This document shows, in pieces, positions 1 to 16,143 of a DNA stretch of 64,000 nt. Origin of the DNA: the human T2T-CHM13v2.0 reference genome, Homo sapiens; assembly GCF_009914755.1 (NCBI RefSeq), contig NC_060938.1. One strand, 5' to 3'. The position numbers and the translations under genes are program-made. Positions within the stretch are counted from its first letter, which is position 1. The number at the start of each line of letters is the position of its first letter. The notes under the pieces are model-generated. The model searched no databases. It was not told the origin of the DNA and saw only the letters and a list, made by a program, of their open reading frames with translations.

Positions 1-74
1 CTACATTTAACCTATCAATGGGTTAGAGTTATTATTCTTATTAATATCCCCATCAATTTGTCATAGCTGATAAC

Positions 75-281
75 ATTATGGATTTGATATTGGACAGCCC
101 AGGTTTGAATTCTAGATGTGTGTCTTTGGGCAAATTACATTAGTGCTTTAATCCTAAATGTTCATGTATGTCAAATAAATGTCATAGAAAATCCCTATCC
201 TCATAGGGCTGCTGCAAGAATTAAGTAATCACTGTAAATGCTTACCATAGTGCCTGCTACTGAGTAAGCATATAAGTTATT
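75..281 (+). mobile_element. MIR SINE fragment
   Basis: MIR-like core: ccaggtttgaattctag...tgtctttgggcaaattac...cctcatagggctgctgcaagaattaa...catagtgcctg. Confidence 0.7.
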
Positions 282-600
282 AAAATTAAAATGAGAGATT
301 CCCGTTCCAAGATGGCCAAATAGGAACAGCTCTGGTCTGCAGCTCCCAGCGTGATCGATGCAGAAGACAGGTGATTTCTGCATTTCCAACTGAGGCTCCA
401 CTGGTGATACCCGGGCATACAGGGTCTGGAGTGGACCTCCAGCAAACTCCAACAGACCTGCAGCTGAGGGACCTGACTGTTAGAGGGAAAACTAACAAAC
501 AGAAAGGAATAGCATCAACATCAACAAAAAGGACATCCACACCAAAACCCCACCTGTAGGTCACCAAGATCAAAGACCAAAGGTAGATAAAACCACAAAG

Positions 601-1626
601 ATGGGGAAAAACCAGAGCAGAAAAGCTTAAAATTCTAAAAACCAGAGTGACTCTTCTCCTCCAAAGGATCGCAACTCCACACCAGCAACTGAACAAAGTG
701 GGATGGAGAATGACTTTGACGAGTTGACAGAAGTAGGCTTCAGAAGGTCAGTAATAACAAACTTCTCCAAGCTAAAGGAGGATGTTCGAACCCATTGCAA
801 GGAAGCTAAAAACCTCGAAAAAAGATTAGACAAATGGCTAACTAGAATAAACAGTGTAGAGAATACCTTAAATGACCTGATAGAGCTGAAAACCATGGCA
901 TGAGAACTATGTGATGCATGCACAAGCTTCAGTAGCTGATTCAATCAAGTGGAAGAAAGGGTAGCAATGATTGAAGAGCAAATTAATGAAATGAAGTGAG
1001 AAGAGAAGTTTAGAGAAAAAAGAGTAAAAAGAAATGAACAAAGCCTCCAAGAAATATGGGACTATGTGAAAAGACCAAATCTACGTCTGATCGGTGTACC
1101 TGAAAGTGACAGGGAGAATGGAAACAAGTTAGAAAATACTCTTCAGGATATTCTCCAGGACAAGTTCCCTAACCTAGCAAGGCAGGCCAACATTCAAATC
1201 CAGGAAATAGAGAGAACACCACAAAGATACTCCTCGAGAAGAGCAACTCCAAGAAACATAATTGACAGATTCACCAAGGTTGAAATGAAGGAAAAAATGT
1301 TAAGGGCAGCAAGAGAGAAAGGTCGGGTTACCCACAAAGGGAAGCCCATCAGACTAACAGCTGATCTCTCAGCAGAAACTCTAAAAGCCAGAAGAGAGTG
1401 GGGTCCAATATTCAACATTCTTAAAGAAAAGAATTTTCAATGCAGAATTTCACATATGGCCAAACTAAGCTTCATAAGTGAAGGAGAAATAAAATCCTTT
1501 ACAGACATGCAAATGCTGAGAGATTTTGTCACCACCAGGACTGCCTTACAGGGGATCCTGAAGGAAGCACTAAACATGGAAAGGAACAACTGGTACCAGC
1601 CACTGCAAAAACATGCCAAATTGTAA
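601..1626 (+). pseudogene. Disrupted L1 ORF1p (RNA-binding chaperone)
   Basis: ATGGGGAAAA start; fragments MENDFDEL... and KRPNLRLIGVPE...YQPLQKHAKL*; premature stops (e.g. TAA at 627-629). Confidence 0.95.
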
Positions 1627-1719
1627 AGACCATCGATGCTAGGAAGAAATTGCATCAACTAACGGGCAAAATAACGAAACTGCATCAACTAACAGACAAA
1701 ATAACCAGCTAACATCATA

Positions 1720-5767
<4,048 letters not shown>

Positions 5768-5964
5768 ACAATGAGAATACTTGGACATAGGAAGGGGAAC
5801 ATCACACACAGGGGCCTGACAGGGGGTGGAGGGCTGGGGGAGGGATAGCATTAGGAGATATACCTAATGTAAATGACGAGTTAATGGATGCAGTATGTAT
5901 ACCTATGTAACAAACCTGCACGTTGTGCACATGTACCCTAGAACTTAAAGTATTAAAAAAAAAA

Positions 5965-6259
5965 GAGCCAGGGTCCCAGACTGCACTGAAGCTTCATGAG
6001 ACCTCTCCTCAGCTGTGCACAGACAAGCGGCCAACTCAGGAGCCCAGGCTGTGGCTTCCCAGTCTGGTGGTGAATCTTCCATAGTCTGGTGAGTGTAAAT
6101 ATATATCTATCTGTTTCCCTTCTCCCCTTCCTATTGCAATTTGCTTATTATATTAATTTGCTTATTCTATCATTTGCTTATTGTATCTGCATTGCCATTT
6201 ACGAGGGATAAAGCTTGTTTACCCTTAATAAATAAAATAAATAAAAATTAAAAATTAAA
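5965..6259 (+). other. Putative L1 3' transduction (non-L1, LTR-like sequence) plus second A-rich tail
   Basis: Non-L1 sequence between the first poly(A) and a second A-rich tract (6227-6259); GATAAA at 6207-6212; TSD copy lies only after the second tail. Confidence 0.75.
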
Positions 6260-6779
6260 ACAATTAAAATAAGACTCCCATCCTGAAAGGAAAGTACAAT
6301 CAAGTGGGAGAAAAATCTGTATATTCAAATAACACAAATGTAGTCATATAAAACAATAAAAGGTAGCTAAGAATGAGGGTAGCCAATTAGGGAGCTCCAA
6401 ATTTGAAAATCATGTTAATCAATAGGCTTACCTTTTTTTGACTATAACATTTACAGTTTACTGAGTGCCAGGTACTCAACTCTCTGCAGAAGGTTCTATT
6501 TTTCTTTCCTTATAGGTGAAGAAAATCTCTGAGAGGCTTTTACACTGCTCAAATCCAGAGCCTGTGCTTGCTCTTTCTTCTTTCCCTTTTTGTTTACCTC
6601 TTTCTTGTCCTCTCCTCTTTACCCATATTACCTGACCCATCTCCCCTGTAATCTTAATTAACAATCTGGCATATATCCTTCTACATTTTCCTCCATACAG
6701 TTTACTTGACCAGAAACAGATTGTGTAATATATACATCTTACATTTCTTGCTCACAATATGTCACAGAAACCCTCCAAA

Positions 6780-7290
6780 TCAACTGGCTTGTTTGTTTTC
6801 AGGGTTGTATAATATTTCATGGCAGGGATATATCACAAAATATTCCCCTATTCCTCCATGCTGGGTATTCATTTTGTTCCTTCTCTTCTGTTTGTTTTCT
6901 TTTGCCACTATGAACAATGCAGCAATAAATATTCTTATAGATGTCCCAATAGGCCAAAATTTTTATCTCTAGGGGATAAATTTCCAAATTTGAAGTTTTG
7001 TAGTTTTACTTGTAATAGATACTGCCAAACTGATTTCCAAAAAAGTTGTGGCAATTCGCATTTCCACCATCAATGTGTGAGTGTACATTTTTCCCACATC
7101 TGTACCAGCAATAGGTATTGTATTACTTTTAATTTTGTTAGCCTCATAAGGATGAAATGATATATTATTGTTTACTCTGATTTGCAATTTCTTAACTACA
7201 CAGGAGTTCTAGCACCTTTTTAAATACTTGCTGGCACCTAGATTCATTTTCTGGTTTTTGCCTGTTTATTTCCTTGCCCAATTTATTTTG
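6780..7290 (-). mobile_element. Old L1M (L1ME-type) fragment
   Basis: aatagatactgccaaactgatttccaaaaaagttgtggcaatt...tttccaccatcaatgtgtgagtg is typical antisense L1M ORF2 3' end. Confidence 0.7.
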
Positions 7291-7344
7291 GGTAGCCCTT
7301 TTTTTTTTTGGTTTGTTTTTTGTTCATTTATTCTTTTTTCTCCC

Positions 7345-7790
7345 ATTACTTTTAGTTGACATGTAATAATTGTACATATTTATGGTATGCAGAGTAATAT
7401 TTTGATACACGTGTACAACGTATAATGTTCAAGTTAGGGAAATTAGCATATCCATCACCTCAGACATTTATTATTTCTTTGTGTTGGGAATATTCAGAAT
7501 CTTCTCTTTTGGCTTTCTGAATACATACTGTAAATTATAGTTAACCAAATTTACCTTGGAGTTCTATAGAACACCACAACATATTTTTCCCATCTAGCTG
7601 TAATTTTGTATCCAGTAACCAACATCTCCCCAATCTCCCCTCCCCCTACCCTTCCCAGTGTCTGGACCCACAATTCTATTCTCTGCTTCTGTGTGCTCAA
7701 AAATTTTTTAGCTCCCACATATGACTGAGAACATTGGCATTTATCTTTCTGTACTTAACTTATTTTGCTTAACATAATGTCCACCAGGCC
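7345..7790 (-). mobile_element. L1MA 3'UTR fragment
   Basis: taataattgtacatatttatgg...tagcatatccatcacctcagacatttattatttctttgtgttgggaa is antisense L1MA4-7-type 3' end. Confidence 0.8.
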
Positions 7791-8170
7791 AAGACTCAGG
7801 TCTTAACCAAGAGAAATAATGAATCTATAGATATGAGAAATGGCTACGTTGATTAGTTTAATTTGTACTTAACTTATAAAATAATAGCTTTGTTTCCAAA
7901 TTTCAAATAACTTTAATATAATCTTACTATTTCCCCTTTCTAAAGATATATCACATATTAAATATTTTTTCTTTGTATATATATATTTTTTTTAAATACC
8001 GAAATTTGGTCCTATTAAAAAATGATATATACTGGGATGAAACAACTCCTTGAGATTCAGTGTCTGAGCAAGGAAACAGGACTTGGAAGTTAGGGTGTAG
8101 GTAGCCAGATTAATTTTATGGGATTGGAATAAGTTGCATTCTGTTTATAAAATAATCCTTTAGGATTTAC

Positions 8171-9142
8171 TTTTTTTAATTTCAATAGCTTTTGGGGTAC
8201 AAGTGGTTTTGGTCACATGGATGAATTGTGTAGTGGTGAAGTCTGAGATTTTAGTGCATCCTTCTGAGATTTTAGTGCACCCGTCACCCAAGTAGTGTAC
8301 ATTGTACCCAATGTATAGTTTCTTATCCCTCACCCCCTCTTACCCTCCTCCTTCTGAGTCTCCATAGTTCATTTTATCATTCTGTATGCCTTTGTGTACC
8401 CATAGCTTAGCTACCACTTATAAGTGAGAACATACAGAATTTGGTTTTTCTATTCCTGTGTTACTTCACTTAGAATAATGGCCTCCAGCTCCACCCACAT
8501 TGCTGCAAAAAATATTATTTTGCTCTTTTTTATGGCTGAATAGTATTTCATGGTGTATATGTACCATGTTTTCTTTATCTACTCATTGATCACTGGCAAT
8601 TAGGTTTGTTCCGTATCTTTGCAATTGTGAGTTATGCTGCAGTAAACATACGTGTGCAGATATATTTTGATATAATGACCTCTTTTCCTTTGGGTAGATA
8701 CCCAGTAATGGGATTGCTAGATTGAATGGTAGATCTACTTTTAGTTTTTTAAGAAAACTCCATACTGTTTTCCATAGAAGTTTTACTAATTTACATTCTC
8801 ACGAACAGTGTATAAGTATTCCTTTTTCATCACATCCACACCAACATTTATTGTTTTTTGGTAATGCTCATTCTTGCAGGAACAAGATGGCATCTCGTTG
8901 TGGTTTTAATTTGCATTTCCTTGATGAATAGTGATGTTGAATTTTTTTTCATATGTTTTTGGCCATTTGTGTATCTTCTTTTGAGAAATGACTTTTCATA
9001 TAATTTGCCCACTTTTTAATAAAATTATTTGGGTTTTTCTTGCTTATTTGAGTTCCTTGCAGATTCTGGATATTAGTCCTTTTTGGAAGCATGGTTTGCA
9101 AATACTTTCCCTCATTCTGCGAGTTGTCTGTTTACTCTGATA

Positions 9143-9184
<42 letters not shown>

Positions 9185-12100
9185 GCTGGGCAGAAGCTTT
9201 TTAATTTAATGAGGTCCCATTTATTTATTTTTGTTTTTGTTGCATTTGCTTTTGGAGTCTGAGTCATGAATTCTTTGCCTAAGCCAATATACAGAAGAGT
9301 TTTTCCTAGATTATCTCCTACAATTTTTAAGGTTTTAAGTCTTGTAAGTGTTTGATCTATCTTGAGTTGATTTTTGTATAAGGAGAGAGATAGGATCCAG
9401 TTTCATTATTCCACATGTGGCTAGCCAGTTTTTCCAGCACCATTTATTAAATAGGCTGTTCTTTTCCCAATTTGTGTTTTCATATGCTTTGTAAAAGATT
9501 ATTTGGTTGTAAGTATTTGGCTTTATTTCTGGGTTTTCTATTCTGTTCCATTGGTCTATGTATCAACTTTTATACATGCACCATGCTGTTTTGGTAACTA
9601 TAGCATTATAGTATAATTTGAAGTCTGGTAATGTGATGCCTCCAGATTTGTTCTTTTTGCTTAGGATTGCTTTGGCTATTCAGGCTCTTTTTGGGTTTTA
9701 CATAAATTTTAGGATTATTTTTTCTAATTCTATGAAAAAAATGATGTTGGCATTTTGATTGAAATTGCATTCAATCTGTAGATTGCTTTAGGCAGTATGG
9801 TCATTTTCACAATATTGATTGTCCAGTTCATGAGTGTGGATGTGTTTCCATTTGTTTGTATCATCTATGATTTCTTTCAGTAGAGTTCTGTAGTTCTTTT
9901 ATAGGTCTTTTACTTCCTTGGTTAAATATATTCCTAAGTATTTAATTTTTTGCAGCTGTTATAAAAGGGATTACATTCTTGATTTGATTCTCTGCTTGGT
10001 TGTTGGTGGTGCATAGCAGTGCTACTGATTTGCATACATTGATTTTGTAACCTGAGACTTTACTAAATTTGTTTATCAAATATAGGAGTCCTTTGGAGGA
10101 ATCTTTAGGGTTTTCTAGGTATGGGATCATATTATCAGTGAACAGCAATAGTTTGCCTTCCTGTTTTCCAATTTGAATGCCCTTTATTTCTTTCTCTTGT
10201 CTGATTGTTCTCGCTAGGATTTAGTACGTTAAATATAAGTGGTGAAAGTGGGCATCTTTGTATTATTCCAGTTTTCAGGGAGAATGCTTTCAACTTTTCC
10301 CCATTCAGTATGATGTTGACTGTGGATTTTTCATAGATAATTTTTATTATTTTGAGGTAAGCCCCTTCTATGCCTAATTTGTTGAGTGGTTTTATCATAA
10401 ATGATGCTCGATTTTATCAAATGCTTTTTCAGCATCTATTGAAATGATCATGGTTTTGTTTTAATTCTGTTTATGTAATGCATCACATTTATTATCTTGT
10501 GTATGTTAAACCATTCTTAAATTCCTGGGATGAAACCCACTTGATGATCATGTATTTTTTTTTTTTTATGTGCTGTTGGATTCGGTTAGCTAGTGTTTTT
10601 TTGAGGATTTTTGTATCTATGTTCATCAGGAATATTGGTCTGTAGTTTCCTTTTTTTGTTATGTCCTTTCCTGGTTTTGGTATTGGGGTGATACTGGCTT
10701 CACAGAATGAGTTAGGGAGGGTTTCCTCTTTCTCAATCTTTTGAAATAGTTTTAGTAGGATTAGTACCAATTATTCTTTGAATGTCTGGTAGAATCCAAC
10801 CACGAATCCATCTGGCCCTGGGCTTATTTTTTTGTTGACAATATTTTGATTACTCATTCAATGTCACTGTTTTTGTTATTGGTCTGTTCAAGGTTTCTAT
10901 TTCTTCCTGATTCAATCTAGAAGGGTTGTATATTTCTAGGAATTTATCCATTTCCTCTAGATTTTCTAGTTTCTATGCATAGAGGTGTTCAATGTAGTCT
11001 CAAATGGTCTTTTGTATTTCTGTGGTGTCAGTTGTAATGTCCCCACTTTACTTCTAATTGAGTTTATTTGAATCTCCTCTCTTCTGGGTTAATCTAGCTA
11101 ATGGTCTATCAGTTTGGTTTATCTTTTTGAAAATCAGTTTTTGTTTCATTGATCTTTTATATTTTTTGTTTTTATTTCATTTAGTTGTGCTCTGATCTTT
11201 GTTAAATCTTTTCTTCAGCTAACTTTGGGTTTAATTTGTTCTTGTTTCTCTAGTTCTTTGAGGTATGACAATTGGTGATCAATTTGTGATCTTTTAGGCT
11301 TTTTGATGTAGGCATTTAGTACTATAAACTTTCCTCTTAATACTACACCTTTGCTAAACTTTCCTCTTAGTACTACCAGAGATTTTGGTAACTTGTATCA
11401 CTATTATCATTCATTTAAAGGAACTTCTTAATTTCTGTCTTGATTTCATTAACTCAAAAATCATTCAAGAGCAGATTGTTTAATTTTCATGTATTTGTAG
11501 TTTTGAGAGTTCCTTTTGAAGCTGATTTCTATTTTTATTCCACTGTGGTGTAAGAAGATACTTTATATGATTTTGATATGTTTAAATTTATTGAGACATT
11601 TTTGTGGCCTATCATATGGTCTGTCTTGGAGAATATTCCATGTGCTGATGACAAGACTGTATATTCTGCAGTCGTTGGGTAGAATGTTCTGTAAATACCT
11701 GTTAGGTCTGTTCATTCTAGAGTGTAGTTTAAGCCCATCATTTCTTTGTTGACTTTCTGTTTTGATGATCTGTCTAATGCTGTCAGTGGAGTGTTGTAGT
11801 CTCCCACTATTATTGTGTTGTGGTCTATCTCATTTCTTAGGTCTAGTAGTAAAGGTTTTTTTATTAATATGGTAGTTCCAGTGTTAGGTGCATATAAGTT
11901 TAGGATTATGATGTTTTCTTGTAGGAATGATCCTTTTATAATTATATAATGGTCTTTTTGGGTTTTTTTGTTTTTTTGTTTTTTTGTTTTACTATTGTTA
12001 CTTTAAAGTCTGCTTTATCTAAGAGTGGCTACTCCTGCTCACTTTTGGTTTCCATTTGCGTGGAATGCCTTTTTTCACTCCTTTTCCTTGAGTTTATATG

Positions 12101-13100
12101 AATCCTTATGTGTTAATGAGTCTCAAGGACAGTAGATACTTGTTTTGTGATTTTTTTATTCATTCTGCCAATCTATCTTTTAGGTGGAACATTTAGGCCA
12201 TTTACATTCAACATTAATAGTGAGATTTGAGGTGCTGTTCCAGTCATCATGTTATTTGTTACCTGGATACTTTGTTTTTTCCATTGTGTTATTGTTTTAT
12301 AGGCCCTGCAAGTTTTATGCTTTCAAGAGGTTCTATCCCGGTGCATGTCAACCTTTTGTTTCATGACTTTCCAGTGCATTTTGTAATTCCGTAAAGATGT
12401 CTTTCATTTCCAGAGGTTCTGATTGGCTTTTCTTTAAAATATCTGTCTCTTTAGAAAAATTCTTATTCATATCCTGAATTGTTTTTTAATTTATATTGGA
12501 CTTCACCTTTCTCTGGTATCTCCTTGAGTAGCTTAATAATTAACCTTTTGAATTCTGTATCTGGCATTTCAAAGATTTTATCTTGGTTTGGATCCATTGC
12601 TGGAGAGCTAGTGTGATCTTTTGAGGTTGCTATAGAACCCAGTTTTGTCATATTACCAGAATTATTTTCTGGTTCCTTCTCATTTGTGTAGACTATTTTT
12701 TCTAATTATTCTTGAATTTATTTTTGATGTGACTGGTTTAATTTCTTTTTTTCCCCTTAAGGATGTGACCTTGATGTTTATAATTTATTATAGCCTAATT
12801 TGACTCCTAATGCTTTCAGGGGTGAAGACTCTATATGAGTTCCTTGATTATATAGTCTTTATATGATGGCTTTCTCAGATATTGATTGTAGTAGCAATGT
12901 GCTCAATGTGTGGGCAAGTTCACGGTCACCCATGGGGTTGGAATAGCAGAAGTCTCTTGAAGCTTAGCTTGTTCCCTGGTGGTATATACACTTTATTTAT
13001 TTATATTCATTCATTCCCCAGTGTTTTATTTACTGGGTTGAATAGTGCAGGCTTCAGGCCAGTAGGGGAACTGTCCATGGGTAGAAACTGGTTGTGGCTA
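8171..13100 (-). mobile_element. L1PB (L1PB3/4-like), ~4.9 kb, internally deleted
   Basis: tttcaatagcttttggggtacaagtgg...gtctgagattttagtgcacc 3'UTR; minus-strand ORF2 fragments at 9942-10770; ORF1-like fragment at 12463-12651; sequence jump near 12360. Confidence 0.9.
9142..9184. repeat. (TTA)n microsatellite
   Basis: about 14 perfect units. Confidence 0.95.
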
Positions 13101-13123
13101 TCCAGTTTCTGTCAAACTTGTAC

Positions 13124-14094
13124 AATTATCCAGACAAACTTGTACGATTTATTACTTAATAATGCCCTCTGATATGAGTACTCTTTTCCCGAATTTGATT
13201 GCTAGTATCTGCTGCTCCTTTATAATCATGTAGAATAATTATCTATAGGGATGGCAGTTTTGTCTACCTTCAAATTAGACCCACTTGAGCAGTTCTAGAT
13301 TGGATACAACCCATGGAAATATGATTTTAGGAATCTAAGAATCTCCTAGCATCTATATTGGATCTCTAAATCATAAGAGGATTGAACTGTAGTGTATAAA
13401 ATTAGAAATCAGAGGGACAAAATTCCAGCACTGTTCAAAACAGAGGACACCCTGATTATCAAATAAGAGTATTCCTTCTCTCTCAGCCACAGATCTATAA
13501 TGAGGAAACATGAGTCAGATTAGTGTAGCTTCATGTCACTAGTCATCAGCCCATTCACCTAAATCCATTTCTTATGCTGCCCTGATGAATACAATGAGGC
13601 TTCCCAAGTGCAGTTAATGTCTCCCTCCTGCTAAGAGCTCCAGGGCCTTGGGGACTCTCCAGTTCTCCTTTTTATTCACCATTCTAAATGCATCCATCCT
13701 CTCTATTAGACATCTGTACTTTCAACTGCATTCCTTCAAACTAGGTTTCTTCTACTGCACCCAGCCCCTCCAGATTTTTACTGTAGTTGTCTCTTCACTT
13801 CAGTTTTATTCTGGGTACTATCTTTCTGATTTCTTTTGTCTAAAAAATTATTCATGTCTAAATTATCCAGTCATACTTGTACAATTTATTACTTAATACT
13901 GCCCTCTGCCATTTTCCAGAACTTGTTAGTATCTGCTGCTCCTCTATAAACATGTCGAATAATTATCTATAGGGATGGTAGTTTTGTCTACCTTCAAATT
14001 ATACTCACATGAGTTTCCTAGATTGGATACAACCCATGGGAATACGATTTCAAGAATCTAAGAATCTCCTAGCATCTATATTGGATCTCTAAAT
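13124..14094 (+). repeat. Dispersed direct repeat: two ~235-250 bp copies (13124-13371 and 13861-14094)
   Basis: Both run aattatccag...cttgtac.atttattacttaata...tagtatctgctgctcct...gaatctaagaatctcctagcatctatattggatctctaaat. Confidence 0.92.
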
Positions 14095-15050
14095 ATCAAT
14101 TTCCACGAAAAAGAAGCAGTGTCCTTGGAAAAATCCCTGATTCCAGGTTTTCTTGGATAGAAATAGTACAAGAAAAGCATGGCTCTTGTCATAACAGAAA
14201 GCAAGGAAGTATTTAAAGACTATTAAAGTTGTATCAAAAGAATGCAAGAGCCAAATTGAAGAGCCTACTAATGACCAAAGATGAGATAATGTGAGCATTC
14301 ATCAGAACGAAAACTGCAACATTTTAAAACACATCAAACATATTATTTTGAGTTTATAACAATACTTTAAAAATCTATTGGTCTCTGGGTGCTAGGAACC
14401 AAATGTCATTTTGAAAACTAGTAAGTAAAGGAAAATCATGCTGCTATAAAGACACATGCACACGTATGTTTATTGCGGCACTATTCACAATAGCAAAGAC
14501 TTGGAACCAACCCAAATGTCCAACAATGATAGACTGGATTAAGAAAATGTGGCACATATACACTATGGAATACTATGCAGCCATAAAAAATGATGAGTTC
14601 ATGTCCTTTGTAGGGACATGGATGAAATTGGAAATCATCATTCTCAGCAAACTATCGCAAGAACAAAAAACCAAACACCGCATATTCTCACTCATAGGTG
14701 GGAACTGAACAATGAGAACACATGGACACAGGAAGGGGAACATCACACTCTGGGGACTGTTGTGGGGTAAAGGGAGGGGGGAGGGATAGCTTTAGGAGAT
14801 ATACCTAATGCTAAATGACGAGTTAATGGGTGCAGCACACCAGCATGACACATGTATACATATGTAACTAACCTGCACATTGTGCACATGTACCCTAAAA
14901 CTTAAAGTATAATAATAATAAAATAAAAAAATGGAAAAGAATCAAGCCTTTCTTATATAAATTGTACTCAGGATAACCAAGGTGTTGATTAAGGGCAGTT
15001 TCATTTTTAGATTTCAGCTAATAGATTAAGAAGAAATGAAAGAAATTTGC
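14095..15050 (+). mobile_element. L1MC (L1MC3/4-like) 3' region, split by an L1PA3 insertion
   Basis: cttggaaaaatccctgattccagg...cttgtcataacagaaagcaaggaag...ccaaagatgagataat; similar tail resumes at ~21190-21380. Confidence 0.65.
14433..14930 (+). mobile_element. 5'-truncated L1PA3 (~0.5 kb)
   Basis: Intact ORF2 C-terminus (14466-14708); cctaatgctaaatgac and gtaactaacctgcacattg diagnostics; A-rich tail. Confidence 0.9.
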
Positions 15051-15661
15051 TTCCAGCCACTATGATGTAAAAAGGATTTCACTTGTCTTTCTACCATAAG
15101 GAACTAAAGAACCAGACTAAATATATAGAACAACAATTTTCAGATGCTGGACATCAGGTGGTAAAGAAATTTCAAGGCAAGTGAAGATGCAGAAAAATAT
15201 GAGCAATAATCAGAAAAAAACAATAGAAATACTCAAAATATAACACAGATAATGGAACTAACTAACGAAGATCTTAAACTACTTACTATAAATATGCTTC
15301 ATATGTTCAAGATAGAGGAATGCATCCATACAATGAGAACATAAATAGAAGACATAAAATACACAACTAATGGAATCTTTAGAGATTAAAAAATCCCTAA
15401 AATGAAATTACACTGAAAGGGACTGATAGCATTTTATACACTGCAGAAGAAGAGATCAATAAACTTGAAAATATAGCTGTAAGAACTACCCAAAATATAG
15501 AGTCAATTAAAAAGACTGAAGAAAATGAACAAAACCAAAGTGACTTGTAGGATAGTATCAGGCAATCTAAAACGTATGTAATTGGAGTCCTAGAAGAAGG
15601 GAGCTAAAACATATCTTTAAAAACAATGGCTAAAAATTTCCCCAAATCGATGAAAACTATA

Positions 15662-16143
15662 TACCACAGGGAAATTGTTTTCCATGTGTCTCTCACATTA
15701 CTACACATATTATAAGCAGAGGCATTCTGTTTTTACTCTGAACTATCTTTTGAAATATGTTTGTATTGCAAATAGCCTTGGAATGCAAAAATAGTGTCTT
15801 GTTCTGAAAAAGGGGTGGATTTACTTACAGTCTTGGAAGAGAAGATAAGATAAGAGATACCTTTATTTTCCTATCTAGAGTAAAAGGAAGACATGCATAC
15901 TGCCCCTTCTAAAAGATTCAGATTCCCTAAGTTCAGGGTCTTTGACTGTAACACAGCTCAATTGAAGTTCAAATGCCACCTGGACCTCTTCACATAACCT
16001 TGTAGGAATTGAAGATCAGAGAAGTGTTGATACTCTAGCTACTATTATTACTGTGAATAATTAAGTACTCCATGAAACTGCAGTAAGCTAACTTGTTAGC
16101 TTGGAAAGTAGGGTAAAATCTCAGACCCTTCACAGTTCTTAAT
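15662..16143 (+). mobile_element. Solo LTR40-like (ERVL) LTR
   Basis: ttccatgtgtctctc...gcagaggca; 3' end ctaacttgttagcttg...gtagggtaaaatctcagacccttcacagttctt; interrupts L1 ORF1. Confidence 0.75.

Noticed and set aside
201-944. Minus-strand ORFs over the L1 5'UTR/ORF1 (83-136 aa), considered as ORF0
   Set aside because: Generic antisense shadows of L1; the ORF0 and antisense-promoter region is the part missing from this copy.
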